Source of the DNA: Felis catus
Lineage: Eukaryota
Direction of reading: 5' to 3'
Length of the DNA: 64,000 nucleotides
Assembly (NCBI RefSeq): GCF_018350175.1
Contig: NC_058373.1
Coordinates: 101,930,001 to 101,994,000, forward strand
Position 1 is the first letter of the stretch. Every line of letters begins with the position of its first letter. Below, one piece after another: positions 38,712 to 52,445 of the stretch. Below the pieces are notes generated by a model that did no database searches, had not been told where the DNA came from, and saw only the letters and a list, made by a program, of their open reading frames with translations. The position numbers and the translations under genes are program-made.

Positions 38712-40047
38712 GTTTGTTCTGCCCCAAGAAGAAGGGTGGGCAGCCAGGCTCAGGGCCTGAGGCTTCAGGACCTACCCCCACATGACCCCCGAGGTGAGTG
38801 GAGAGGCCAAGGGAAGGCCACAATGAGATACACGTGGCCCTATGCTGGGAGGGAACCAGCTGTTTGCACTGTTTTTCTGGGAGACACAGCAATTACATGG
38901 CTGTACCTGGCTTCATGTGGATTTATTTAAGACGCCCTATGACCACGTTAACCTTTAATTGTGTGGGCCCTGCACATGGGGGCCTTGAGGAAGCACTGCG
39001 AGACCTATCTTTTATTTGCCTGGCTCCTTTACCTGACCCAGCAGACCTCAACACCTCCCAGATCTGGGTTCCAGAGGAGCCTGAGCATCTAAGGAGCTTT
39101 CTCAGCCTTTTTATTCATGGAAGATAGCTCCTTTGTCACGGTCCCAGCTGTGGTGGGGAACCCAAAGAGGAGCCTAAGAGAGGCTACCAGAGGGAGAGCT
39201 GGAACATTCTCTGCCTATTCAAGGCCAGGCTGCCCAGAGGTCTTTGCTATGCGGTATAGAGCTGACTTCCGTCCCAAAGCTCCTCACCCCAAAGTCCTGT
39301 TTCCCTACCCCACCCAATGCATTGCACCTGTGTGCCCAGCTCTGTGGGGCTCTGCAGGTTGGGGCTGGGAGTAGAGGGACACAAGTGGGCCTGGGTTGTC
39401 ATGAGGAACTTAGGGATGGCAGACTGGTTTAAAAACAGGAAAACAGCTCCAGGCGAAATGGGCAGCATTTATGCCCCAGGGGACAGGACAAGGTATGAGA
39501 GAGCCCCACTATCTGACTGTTGTGGGAAGCCCCAAATCAGTTCAAGAGGAAGTCACCACTAGGACACCCGCGTGATAATAAACGCAAGCTAAGTGTGCCA
39601 GCTCGTTGCCAGCTGAAAGATTCTTTTTTCTCCCCCTCGCTTTGTAGTAAGTTGTAAGAATCTCAAAAGGAAAATCAAATGAGAGCCTTGAAATAGTTTG
39701 TGCTCTTCGTTGCAAACATTTATAGAACTCTTCCCATCCCTGAAAAAAGTGATAGGAAAAGCAAAGGCAACAAAAGGGATAAAAAGAGTTTTGGAGATAG
39801 TAAGGGAGAGAGCTGTCCAGATTAAGCTGGGGCTTAGAGAGGCCCGGGGCTTGGAGAGGGGGATAAAAATGAATGGAATCTAAACCCCCTCTCTATAAAT
39901 ATGCAGATGGGGAGCCTGCAAGCCTTTTTCCAGAAGTTAGCAAAGAGTTCTCCAGGGGTATTTGCCTCTTGAATTCTGGCCGGTAGCCCTGCTCTGCACC
40001 CCCTCCCCTGTCTGGACTAATGGTTCCCCTTTTGCATTTCTCATTAG

Positions 40048-40174
40048 AACCTCTGGTTTGCCAATCCTGGGGGCAGCAACAGCATGCCAAGCCGCACCCA
40101 CAGCTCAGTCCAAAGGACCCGCTCGTTGCCTGTGCACACTTCTCCACAGAATATGCTGATGTTCCAGCAGCCAG
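40048..40174 (+). CDS. SAMD4A: SAMD4A coding exon (exon 11), 127 nt
   Basis: cattag|AAC; encodes [42 protein letters not shown]; donor CCAG|gtaggt. Confidence 0.95.
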
Positions 40175-43100
40175 GTAGGTCCATGCACTGGGTCTCTCCC
40201 TCTCTCCTCCCCCTGACACAGGGGAGGCCAGGACGCCAAAATAGATGCCCCTGTGAACCCAGCCGGAAAGTGCTTAGCCTCGACTGTCACCACGCATTCT
40301 TTTGAGCTTATAGAAGCCTTTCCTTTTTTAAACTGTGCCTTGCCAGCATGAATAGCGGCTGGCTGGCTGGGAGCCAGCACATGGAGCCCCAGAGTCGGTT
40401 GCAATCTGACGGGGATATTTTTGATACTAGTCATATTTCTAGATTGATTAAACCAGAGTTATCACTGGAGGGCTATTTGGGGGAGTTGGGAGGGGTTCCA
40501 TGTGTAGTGTGTGTGTACTTTGTGTATACGTGGGGGGATGTGCAGGAAGTGAGACAGAGAAAGAGAAAACTTGACAGCATTAGCACTAAGAGACTTCCCC
40601 TGGTTTGGGAGCGCCTTGCACACATGACTTATTGGACCAGCCATCTTCCCTTTACTTGGTTAAAGAGCAATTTGGTGCACTTCAAGTCAGCTGCACGTCT
40701 CACCATGAGCCTCCTAAAACAGAGTAGCCAGAATTATGCACAGACAACAATTGCTTGCACACTTTATCTATGCAGACAGTGACCTCTTAAGACTCCATGA
40801 GTCCTATAAAGCCATGGAAGCAATTACTATATCTAGCTAGGTGACCTTCTAGGCAGGAAAATCAGGAACGGGTGTTGTACCTATGGGAAAATACCCACCC
40901 TAGGCAGTAGACACGCTCTGTACAGTAAGTCTTATAGAACTTTAAGGAGAGGAAACGTCACTGGGCCTGGGTGGGCAAGAAAGCTTCTTGGAATTGGAGC
41001 TGAGCTTCAGGCGACAGGGGGTGAAGTGGAAAGAGGAGGGTGGAGTTGCAGGCAGGAGGAGTGAAGAGAGCAAGACTGCAATTGTACTATCTCAGTGAGT
41101 TCCAGAAGCCGTGGCTAAGTCAAAGGGTCAGACTGAAGTAGCAGAGAGTAGACCAAGGGAACTGGAAAGATTACGGCTGATGATGAGGGCTCTGAATCCA
41201 AGGCCAAGGAGCTCAGGCCCCAGCCATTCTCAGTGAGGAATGTATGGAAGATTTTGAGCAGGCGTGTGCCTCGAGGAGGTGGGGAGACACTGAGGAGGAA
41301 GGGAAGTGAGAAGCCACCACAAGGTAAGGTGTGTCAGGAAAGGACGACGGTCCAGATGCTTGCTTGAGGTTGCTTCTTGACTTCTAGAACCTCTCCTCTT
41401 TGCATACTTTTGTTTTAAAGCTCCTTTTCTCTGTTTTGATACTTATAACTTCCTGGGAAGAAGTATTTGATAAAATTTAGGGACTCCGAAGGTCTTCTCC
41501 CTAGGTCATTTAGTCCCAGTCTCTGTTTTGGTGCAGAATCATGTGTAATCCATTCCCCATAAGAGAATCTAGACAATATTGGGAGACATGCTGGGTACAA
41601 GGAGAACTTTCATCCTGACCTCAGTCCTGGGACTGCAGCCCAGCTACCTCATAGCCTCACAGGAGCCCCAGCATAGCTGACCACTCTCCTTCTCCTTCAA
41701 TCCCTATATACTTGTAGCCTCCTTGCTCCATTCTAAAGCTCTTATCCCTTCCTTTGGCTCTCTTCCAAGTCATCAGTCCTCTCTTTTTCCCCACATTCTC
41801 CCTGTCTTAATTGGGAAGACCAGGCCCACCAGGAAGAGTTGGGCCATCCCTAAGAAGACTGTTTGAGTCTGTAGATACAGATCTCCCACCTGCATTTTTG
41901 TTTCCCCTCTGCTGTTGTAGAGCAGTTGTGAGCTGCTTGCTCATGCTCAGGGCAACTATGACCCTAAGATCATTTGCATGCTTTTCCCATGAAGCCTGTT
42001 ATTCCCATAGTTAAAAAATCAAATAATACAGGAGGGCTTTTAAGAAAAGTGACTGCCCCTTTCCCCTCCCCCTCCCAACCCACAGTCTCATCTCCCAGAG
42101 GCAGCCACTTACAAGGATTTTTAGTTTTCCTGGTAGTTAACCCAGAAGTCTCTAAATAATGTTCTTTGTATGCTAGACTTAGAATTCCAGAAACTGCTTG
42201 AGGACTTTTTTGGAAAGGGGGGATTAAATTAGCCTCTAGCATAAGCATTACAAACCCACCTCTAGCAAGGGTCTGATGAACCCCGGCATTTCTAATAATA
42301 GCCAAGGCATGGGGACAGGGCTACTCCAGATTTCCTGACTGCAAATACACTGGTGAGTACTCGGCAGGAGCCACTCCTAAGTCCTGACTAGCACACTCAG
42401 CCCACGCTGGGCGGCTCTTCCTGGGAATGGTCATGAAGGGTGAGGCAGGGCACAGCCATGACTCAGGATCCCTGGCTAAAGGGAACAGAGGCTGCACAAA
42501 GTCACTGTCATGGGCGGAGGGATGCTCCTCTTCAGTCTCCAAGGTCATCCCTGCCCGTTACAGATCAGACACTGGTTTTCAAGACCAGAAGTCATAACCA
42601 GAACTCTTGCTTCTTCCTGAGGAGACAGCCTCCTTCACAGGGCAGGCCCATCTAACTGCCATAGCCAGACCCAGATGAAGTTGTCCTAGATAGACGGGGT
42701 CTCTTGGGCCCTTCCACCCAGAGCAGCACATCCTTGTTAACTAGGCAGGGATCTAGGGGCTGGTGGCTGGGGTTGGGGGTGGGGGGGCGGGACTAAACTA
42801 TAAGTATCATATCAAGGAGTCAAAATCTGAAAAGCAGCCAGTGGCTTTCATCTTTACACAATTAGGAGTAGTAGTGAACACAAAATGGAATAGAGATGTA
42901 TAATCAACCCCAAATTAAATACTTAGAAACTGTGTTTACAGTATAGCATAGTGGCTTCCTCCTGGCCATTAGAGGTCTTCAGAGCATCCATTTTAAACCA
43001 TATGGGTAAATCTTGGAAACTATAATACATTCTAAGGAAGTTTCAATTCTGTAAACTTAAATACTTCCATTAAAATGGTGGAAGACTTTAAATGTCTCCA

Positions 43101-44990
43101 AAGTCTGGGGGCTAGAACAAGCCCCCAACTTTTGCATCAACCGATCAGTCACCTGGCTTGAATCTGCAAGATAATATCGTCTTTCCTGGATCTACAGGAT
43201 TTGTGGACCCCTAGGAGGCCATGTCAGGGTGGCTTTTTAATTTACTCCCACACAGACAGATTTTAGATGTTTCCCAGGACAAACCAGGAGAGCCGTTAAG
43301 TGACTGCTGCCTCTCAATGGCCTCCTGTGTGAGTAAGAAGCACTAAGCTGGTCCTCTCAGAGCAAGGGGGAGGGGATCTGATAAACTCACCAGAGGGGTT
43401 GTTTGAGCTCAAAACAAGTGTCGTGCCTGGTGAGTGACATCATGTTTCCCCAAAAGGAAGGGTGTTTTCCAAACTGGAAAATTCGTTTGAAAATTGCTTG
43501 GAGAGTGATTACCTTACCTTGGAAGCAGATCTTTCCTGCTAACCCAGGCTCAGCCAGCCCTTGAGATCCAGTCAGAGAGGATCTCAAAACAGCCCTGATG
43601 TGACACTAGGCCATCAAAGCTCCTAACCATCTGGAGGGCCTGACAAGAAAGGGCAGAGGGACCAGAAGCCAACTTTAAAAGAAAAGTATGGGGAAGGGTA
43701 GGTTAGGCAGCCTCACAGAGCCACATTCTGGGGATTTCTTCCTTCCCTTGCACAACACCATGTGCAAACTACCATTGGTGCTCGACTGTCCAGATGGGAG
43801 GTGAATAAGGGGCCTTACAGGGCAGCATTTCATGATGTGATGTATCTGTTCACCATAGCAAACCTCCCCTATGCACCAGCTCATGACTGTATTTCTTCCA
43901 CAATCAGAATGATGCACACCTGGAAGCACAGTGCACAAAGCTGTTACCATTCATTTCCTCCTCAGTGGGAGTTTCAGGTTCCTTCCAGAGAACTACCTTT
44001 TGAAAGAGTGTGGAAAGGAAGACTACCATCCACCCACTAGGTCCATTAGGGGAATGGAAGGGACTGCCATGCAGAGGAAGTGACCAGAACAGGGACCCAC
44101 TTAAAGTATCTGATGCACATTTGCTCTCTGACTTCTGGTAAGCCAAGGCAAACAGTCCTGCTCAGGATTGGCAGATAACAGGGAGGTTGGTAAATGAATC
44201 AGTTGTATCACAGCTAAGAACCCAGCTGGGCCTGTGTTCTCCTGCGTCTGAAAGTTAAACTCAGAGAGTCCAATCTGGGGCAAGATAGTACAATATTGTC
44301 TTATACCATATTCTCCTCATCATTTTGCATGAACGTGTGGGTCCCAGAGGATTTCTACAGCACAAACTTCTGCAGGTTTAGGAATTAGGCCACCAGAGAA
44401 AAGCTTCATTCCCCATAGCAGACTCAGGGGTGTGCGACTGACTTACTCCTGTTCCTCTGTCACCCGCCATGACCGCCATGACTGTCTCTGCAATGATCAG
44501 TGTCCCTGCCCACACTGATTTCTTTTCCTTCTGTTACTGCCCTCCCCTTTCTGCTTGGTTCCCATACTCCCTGTTTCCCTTTCTTCCTTATTCCCTTTAT
44601 CCAGTCCAGATCCCACTTCTCCATCCTCTGTCCCATCCTCATCAACCTCCCCGATTTCTCTCCTCCCAGCAATCCCACTTCTCACTTAACTTGAAGCCTT
44701 CCTAGTTATTCAACAGGTGGTCTTAACTATCATTGGCAAATTGGGATTCTAGAGATTTTTCCTAGAATACTCCATTTATTATTATAAAGTACTAAAGACA
44801 CTGGCTTGTTTACCTCAGTCTCAGGGACTGGGAGAGAGCTGCAGAATTGCACCATAGGTGCCACATAGCAGACACTCAGCTGAGATGGCTGGTTTCTGCC
44901 AAGGAAAAGCCACATCCCCACCCCACCCCCCCAGGTGGACCCAACAGCAGCACTTCATTAGGAATGGGTGGCTGCTCCCTTCCAGAATCT

Positions 44991-45205
44991 AATGTTTTTT
45001 TAATGTTTATTTGTTTTTGAGACAGAGAGAGACAGAGCATGAACAGGGGAGGGTCAGAGAGAGGGAGACACAGAATCTGAAATAGGCTCCAGGCTCCGAG
45101 CTGTCGTCAGCACAGAGCCCAACTCAGGGCTCTAACTCACATACAGTGAGATCATAACCTGAGCCGGAGTTGGATGCTTAACCGACTGAGCCACCCAGGC
45201 GCCCC
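44991..45205 (-). mobile_element. Can-SINE (SINEC_Fc-like)
   Basis: TSD CCTTCCAGAATCT at 44978-44990 and 45206-45218. Confidence 0.92.
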
Positions 45206-47160
45206 CCTTCCAGAATCTTCTTGACCCTGGGCCTGAGCACTAGGCTCTGTACTTATGGGACTTTTGGAAAGGCACAATTAAAAAGTCCCACATCAGCCTA
45301 AACCCTGGGCATCCTAGAACGGGGGATCCTCACTAAATACTGGAATGGTCTGATAGGGGAAACATTCCTAGTTCTCAGAGATACCGTCTGAGCTAAGGAA
45401 ACAGGCCTGTTGCACGCAACAGCAGAGAAGGCTTAGTCAGTCTTTCCTTTTTACCTTACTGAAGACATAAAACTACGTCTGTCTTGTCCATTACAGCTGG
45501 GAGCTCAGGCTAAATGCAGTGAGCCCTTGGGTTAACAGCAGCCACAGCAAGAGCTGACCTGCTGGTTCTTGTGTACCTGGGTGGCAGGAGCTGCCCAAAT
45601 GCTTCTCTCGGGCTTTAAGAGTTCTGCCCACCCAAGCCACACTTGGCTGAGGGCTTCTAGCCTGAGATGGAAGCTGTTATCCACCCAGCTGGTCTCCCTC
45701 TGTCTTGTATGTGTGGGGAGATGCCACAGATCTGTTTTTATCAAATACACAATTAAAAAGTCACACTATTAGGAAACTCTGGAGTGTGAACATATGGGCT
45801 TCTCCTGAGACTCAGAATTTTTCAGAGCCACTCTGAGAGTGGTGGGGGGGGTCATGACACCCTAGCGCACCAGAGGGAAGAGCTGAAAGATAAAAAGAAC
45901 CATGCCAACTTTCAACCTAAAAGAGCAGCCACTAAGGTTTGGAGATTCTAGAGTGGAGAGCCCTGCATTTCTCAGCCCCCTTTTTGAAACACTCAGTCCT
46001 AGGCTTAGAATATGGCATTTTGCTGCGTGTTGGCAAGAAATCCTGCAGCTGAAACACTTCTCTCCAAATGTCGAGCATCTTTATTTATCCAAATCTCTCC
46101 ACAGTGTTTGTTTAAAGGGGAGTGCTAGAGAGTAAACTAAATTTTACAATGAGCATATGGATGGTTATAATTGCTGAGGGTTTTTTTTTTCATATTTGCT
46201 AACTGGCTATATATAAAACTGTGTTTCTATTTTATAGATTTCACACCCTGAAGGCTGCTAATTTTGCATGCATATGATTTTCACATGAATGGATGAAAAT
46301 ACTAAAATACTCTTCCCTCTGGATTGTCTAATTGCCCCGACCCTACTCTGAGAGCAACAGTGGGTGGGGTGGGAAAGACCCTTCAATTCTCCCTGGCTCC
46401 CAGCTTCCTGGGAAGCCTGATCGTTCTCTGTCTGCTCATAAATTGGCACAGTTGCCTTTCAAAACCATTGATGCTGGCTGGAACTTGTGTCAGAAAGAAC
46501 CCTATCTGCTCCCTAGTGCTTTTCATATTGATCCATTTTGCCAATTTACTCTGAGAATTTTAAACAATGGAAATGACATCTGCCTATGAATTAGCCAGTA
46601 ATGGGGAACACAGATTGCAGAGAAAACTTAAATGTATAGCTAATCAAGGAAAACAAATACTTTGGTTTAGCCATTGGTTTCAACTTCCTATCCCACTAAA
46701 CCACCAACCTAACCTCACTTGTAATCCTGCCCTCCAGCCCCAAGTGCCCCCTGGTGGAGATTCGAAGGAGCAAGGAACTGGCCTGAAGCTTGGGCCACCA
46801 GGATCCTTTCCCTACTTACAGATGGAAGAGCTAAGGCACAATGATAAGTTTCCTGCGGTCACATATGAAGACAGTGGCAGTGTTAAAATTCCCAGACCCC
46901 CAGAACATATCCCACTGTTGATTTTTCTGCCCCCGCCCCCACTCCCGCCATAGGATTTCACAATTCTCAGTTGTCAGACTTTCCTTTTATTTCTTGTTCC
47001 ATCTTTTTCATCACTCAATAGACATGTATGAAGTATGCCAGAAGACCATGGCTGGGTATATTATGGGAAATAAAAAAGTCTGCAAGCCAGTGAAAGATGC
47101 TCAGGAGCTTCCCAGGATGAGGGATGGGGGAGGTACTGACAGTGAGGGCCCCAACAGAAC

Positions 47161-47204
47161 AGGAGGAGGAGGAGGAGGAGGAGGAGGAGGGGGAGGAGGA
47201 GGAG
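47161..47204. repeat. (GGA)n trinucleotide repeat
   Basis: Directly visible with one GGG interruption. Confidence 0.92.
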
Positions 47205-47519
47205 AAGGGGTGGGGAGGATGAGGGACTGGAGCCTGGGGAGATAGGGAGGGTCCAGATGATAAAGGAGGCTTTGTGATTAGAATGCACACAGCATTGTCC
47301 TGGGCAGTGATAGCCCCCACAGCAGACATCTCAGCCCTTCTAAGTGGCTAGAGGCTGAGAGTACTGACAGGCACCTGTAGTTGCTGCAGCATGCAGGACA
47401 GTACCAGCTCTGGAATCAGACCTTTGTGGGCTCTTGTGTTAGCGAGCTAACCTCCCAAGTCACTTGGCCTCTCTGAGGCTCGCTTGAGAACTGGGCACCT
47501 GGCACGATCATGGATTCAG

Positions 47520-48040
47520 AAGAGGCACTCGCCATGCTGTGGTTTCCATTTCCTTGTAACAAAGCAAAAATGCGCCAAGTTCCAGGTGCCAGGTCTAGGC
47601 GCAGGTAGCAGCAGAGCCAAGTCCTGCTCCAGTGAAGTGAAAATCCAACTGGGGGCAAGCGGCAAGCAAATACATAATATATCAGATGTTGGTGATAGCT
47701 GTGGACAAAAATAAATAAAGCTGAGGAAAGGGATAGGGCCAGAAAAGTTCTGTTCATATATAATGTCCTTTCTAAAGAGACAGTAGGAGAGCCAGAGATG
47801 TGAAGGCAGGGAGAGCACAGCCATGAAAATATCTAGGGACCACCATTGTGGGCAGAGAGAACAGCAGTGCCAAGTCCCTGGGGCAGAAGAAGGCCTGGGA
47901 TGGAGTGAAGGAAGGAGAGAGCCATACACAGGCAGAGGTTAATATAGGCCAGATCATGTGAGCCCTGAGGGCCATGGCAGGGGCTTGGCTGTTACTCTGA
48001 TGGGAAGCTGCTGGAGGGTTCTGAGCAGAGGCTGGACAGA
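47520..48040 (-). mobile_element. L2 LINE relic
   Basis: gccagatcatgtgagccctgagggccatgg...tgggaagctgctggagggttctgagcagag motifs. Confidence 0.6.
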
Positions 48041-48293
48041 CTGACTGTGACCAGCTATTTTTAGTTACCAGTTTTCTGCCAGCCGCCCATGTTCACAATG
48101 GACTCTCTGCATCTAGCAGACTCAGAGTTTGGTTGAAACCAGGGTGTAACTTACCGCTCTACTGACCCTGATAATCCCAGGAGTCCTCCCAGGGTGGGGG
48201 GTGGGGGGGGCGGGGGGAGCCCCACAGCACTGTACATACCTTCTCCTTGTTCTCAGAGTCTCTGTCACCAACGTAACCCTTTGTCCCTTGCAG

Positions 48294-48377
48294 AATTCCA
48301 GCTTCCTGTGACTGAACCTGACATCAACAATAGGCTGGAGTCCTTGTGCCTCAGTATGACCGAGCACGCCCTGGGAG
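48294..48377 (+). CDS. SAMD4A: SAMD4A coding exon (exon 12), 84 nt, phase 1-1
   Basis: cttgcag|AA; encodes (E)[27 protein letters not shown]; donor GGAG|gtgagt. Confidence 0.95.
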
Positions 48378-49719
48378 GTGAGTGGGTCCTTCCTGCATTT
48401 TATGGCCTGACTGGGAGGACTACCAATCATTTGCTGTCCACACTCTGGCAGTAGCTCAGGAGTAATGGGAAAGATACAGGGGAAGTAGGCAGGGGACAGG
48501 GAGAGAGGAGGGCCTCAGAGTACTGTTGGAGCCTCATCAAGCCATACTACACCTAGTACCCACAATGCCCTGCTCCTCCTTTTCTGGGAGGCGGGTCAGG
48601 GACCTGGAGACCAAAGCTATCCATCTTTGCTCGGAGCCACCCACCCAGTGCACACTGAGGTTCCACCACAGCAGCTGTCCTAGCCAAACACTGTGAGCTG
48701 GAGGAGTCAGAAACACAAGACATGGCTTTTAGTGGCAACATCCCCCCCACCACAGAATTGGATTCTTTCCTTCTCGGCACTAGATCGCCCAGTCTGGTCC
48801 AAGCATATCCCAGCTTGCTCTAAAAATAGAATTTTTGAAACAAAATTCCCTGCGTGTTTTTCTGTCTCCCTGTTCCAAACGGCTTCCATGATGCCTGGAG
48901 CCCCAAGCAGTCTGAGATGTCCTTCACAGGGTGACAGTGGTGATCTAGTTCAGTGTGCCTATGGGCTGCAGCCCCATAAGGAGCTCCAGAAGCAGCTGCG
49001 TTGTCCCACCATTTGTTTGGGCTGAAGCCCTACGTCATCACAAAAACCCCAGGAGGCCTTCAGTGCCCTCCTGGTACTAACCAATTGCCTTACTCCAGCC
49101 TGGTTTCCCAGCCAGCCCTAGGGATGTTTGGCAGGCAGAGGAGAGATGTCCACCCCTTCCTGCCAACCTCCGGGAGACTCTGAGTCAGAGAGGCCTCCTG
49201 TGACCCTTCCCAATAGCCCTCTCCAGTCAGGATGTGCTCACCCACCCTGGAGATGGGCGGTCAGCACACCTAGAGCCAAAATCTGTGCTCTGGCAGTGGT
49301 GGGGAGAAAGGCTGCTGTCAGCTGCTGTTCCCCAAGCTTCGTTCTCCTAACCAGGGGTTTTTGGGTTTTTAGTCCCTGTAAACACAATCTTATCATGACA
49401 CCAAATATGAAGCCAATAAATGCTCTACATGGAGCAGATTGGAAAGCAAGGACTGCACCCACCTGATCTCAGCTGTGCAAGGCTCTCTATAGCCCAGAGA
49501 AAGCCTCCACTCAGTACCAGAAGGGAGCTAGCTGAAGGCCTCCCAGCACTGCTGACTGAACAGACAGTGGGAAGGCACAGCTCCCGATGTGACCTCCCTG
49601 GGGTTCCAGGAACCCCATTTGCAAACACTTGGCCACTCCTATCTTAGAAGCTTCACAGCATCATTGGTCCATCCTTGACACCTCTATAGGGGAGGTGCCA
49701 TGAGCTCCTCTTCTCCAGC

Positions 49720-50205
49720 TCACCAAGGAGATTGTTCAGCTCACTGATAGCCCCTAATCAGTAATGGGAAACAAACCCAGGGTCCATCAGCAGATGGAAG
49801 TGGATGAGTGAAATGTTGTATAGCCAGACAGTGGAATATCATACAGCCTTAAAAAGGAATGAGCTACTGATACATGCTACAATTTGGATGAACCTTGAAA
49901 ACATTATGCTATATGAAAGAAGTCAGACACAAAAGGCCACACAGTATCTAATTCCATTTAGGAATTTATGAAGTGTCCAGAACAGGCAAATCTATAGAGA
50001 CAGACAGTATAGATTAGTGGTTGTCAGGGGCTGGAGGGAACTGGGAACGGAGAGTGACTGCTTGATGGGTACCTGATGAAAACGTTCTGGAATTAGATAG
50101 TGGTGATGGCTGCACAGCTCTGTGAATATACGAAAAACCTCTGAATTGTACGCTTTAAAAGGGTGAAATTTGTGATATGCAAATTACAAGTCAATTTTTC
50201 AAAAA
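49720..50205 (+). mobile_element. L1M (L1MB-like) 3' end
   Basis: ggaatatcatacagccttaaaaaggaatgagctactgatacatgctacaatttggatgaaccttgaaaacattatgct...gaattgtacgctttaaaagggtgaa. Confidence 0.85.
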
Positions 50206-51899
50206 GGGAAGCCTCCCAGACCGTGAGAATTCAGGCCAAGCTCAGCCCACTGCAGGCAGCCCAAGCTCCCCGCCACCCAACAGGAGCTGGCGGGTGAAGA
50301 ACTCCTGCTGCCTTTGAGAGTCAGCAAGGAGAACTGACCTTCTCCCCCAGGGCTTGATATATCTCAGATAATTGGCATGCTGGAAGCCCTTATCAAACTG
50401 CTAAGTGCTAACGTTATCATCATTAGTAGCAAGAGTGCCAAATGCGCTTTATTAAAGGGAGGTTTTCATTGGAAAGGCTTCGTTTTTTAGCCTATTCTTC
50501 TATAGTTACAGAAAACCTCTTTGAACTGATTTTTTTTGCTAATGTTTTCATCTTGTTAATCTCCTAAGCCTTTTTATTGCTATGTTTTCCCTCAATAATC
50601 CTCTCTGGTGGGAAGCCTCGTAAGCAGTTTCCCGAGCAAAGAATGCAAATTAAGTTCAGGGTGGCCCAACTGGGCACAGTGGCATTGAGCCCTCCCACTA
50701 TTACGGCACCTCTCTGCTAGCCCACCTCTTCCAGGTGCTGGGGAAGATGACTTTTCTGGGGACAGAATGCCAATGAATTAGTCATTTTACAGGAGGACAA
50801 ATAATGAGGGAGAGTAAAGCAAAGCAAAAGACGTTCCTCTGCCTGTGTCTCAGGACAGGAAGGGAGGGTGTCCAAGTTCCTGGGATACCACATACTAGGA
50901 TGGTCCATGGACCCCAGGCCTTGCGGGCCCAACCTTTTGTGCTGACATCTCTGCTCTCAGTGTCCTGCACTAACTGCAGCCCCCCTGTGCCAGTCTGAGC
51001 CATTTTTCTCTTTGGCCTTCCCTGTCTGTCTCTGCTTTGCCCTTCCCCTGGCCCCTCCAAAGCACCCAGGAGGTAGTTGCCTCTACCATCTTGGTTTGTG
51101 AATATTTAAGGCTTTCATCTGGCTCTGTTGGGCCTGCTCCTGATTGGTGGCCTCAGATATAAAGGAAGACTCAGGCCTGGCTGCTATCTTCCTCCTGCAG
51201 AGGGGTTTTATGGGCAGGAACAGCCACAGCTTTACAAAAGCAAGGCTCCTTCAAGCAGGATGAAGTCTGCAGTAAATCCTACCACAAAGAGGAATGCCCA
51301 GTCCACTCTCTGATGCTCCAGGATTCATGTTTTCATATGATCCCCTTGCCATTCCTGCTCACCTTCTCTCCTTCCTCCTCCTTGGGACTTATTAACAGCC
51401 CCACTTCTAGCAGATATGGAGACTTTGTGCAAATTAGAAAAAGGCTCCACTTTCTCAAGATGCTGTTCTGCCACTTACTTGATATTTGTCATAATAACTA
51501 TAAAACCTATAATGAATACATGTGAATGGTGCTGCTCAGAGTTATGCAGTGCACAACTTGCACAACTGTAAATGGTGAGTCTGGACTTACCTGTTGGTCA
51601 TTTCCTGGCAGATGAATGCTATCACCCTTGTAGGATGAGGCGTGGGATTGGAATTCAGTAAAAATGCAGGTTGGGGTTAGGTTAATTAAGATTTTCATGT
51701 TTCTAGCTCCCCACTTACACAGCTATGAAGGGTTGGCATTAATGAGTAGACCGGTGAGCCCTGGCAAGAGTATGCCACTCCACTTCTATAGACAAGAGAG
51801 TGACCTCTACACAGCCACACATTATGTACACACTTACACAGACTCACTGTTTCTCATGACCCATTACCACTGCAGAACCACCATAAGAGGCTCAGGTTA

Positions 51900-52116
51900 G
51901 GGGCCCTGGTGGCTCCGCTGGTTGAGCGTCCGACTTCGGCACAGGTCATGATCTCACGGTTTGTGAGTTCGAGCCCCGCGTCAGGCTCTGTGCTGACAGC
52001 TCAGACCCTGGAGCCTACTTTAGATTCTGTGTCTCCCCTCTCTCTGCCTCTACCCCTCTCTCTCTCTCTCTCTCAAAAATAAATAATGAAACATTTTTTT
52101 AAAAATTTAAAAAAAA
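51900..52116 (+). mobile_element. Can-SINE (SINEC_Fc-like)
   Basis: Head, (CT)n and A tail present; TSD AAGAGGCTCAGGT at 51885-51897 and 52117-52129. Confidence 0.92.
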
Positions 52117-52249
52117 AAGAGGCTCAGGTGAACACTTGCAGAAGTCAGCAAAAGGTTACTGATTATAAGTTAACATGTGGGGGCCTCTAGGATTGATGAC
52201 CTGATACCATAAACACTCTCAAAGGTCATTTGCTTTTCTTCTTTAAAAT

Positions 52250-52445
52250 CTCTCCAAAAACTATATGGAACTTTAGGGACACACACAAGTACAAATAAAA
52301 TTGGGAAGATCTGAGTAAGACCGGTAGATTGTATCAACATCAGTACCTTGGTGGTAATATTATAGTTTTGCAAAATGTTACCATTGGGAGAAACCCAGCA
52401 AACCCGGAAACCCGGTACCGTCTCTTAAAACTGTACGTGAACCTA
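52250..52445 (+). mobile_element. L1M 3' fragment
   Basis: tagttttgcaaaatgttaccattgggagaaac...actgtacgtgaacct motif. Confidence 0.55.
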
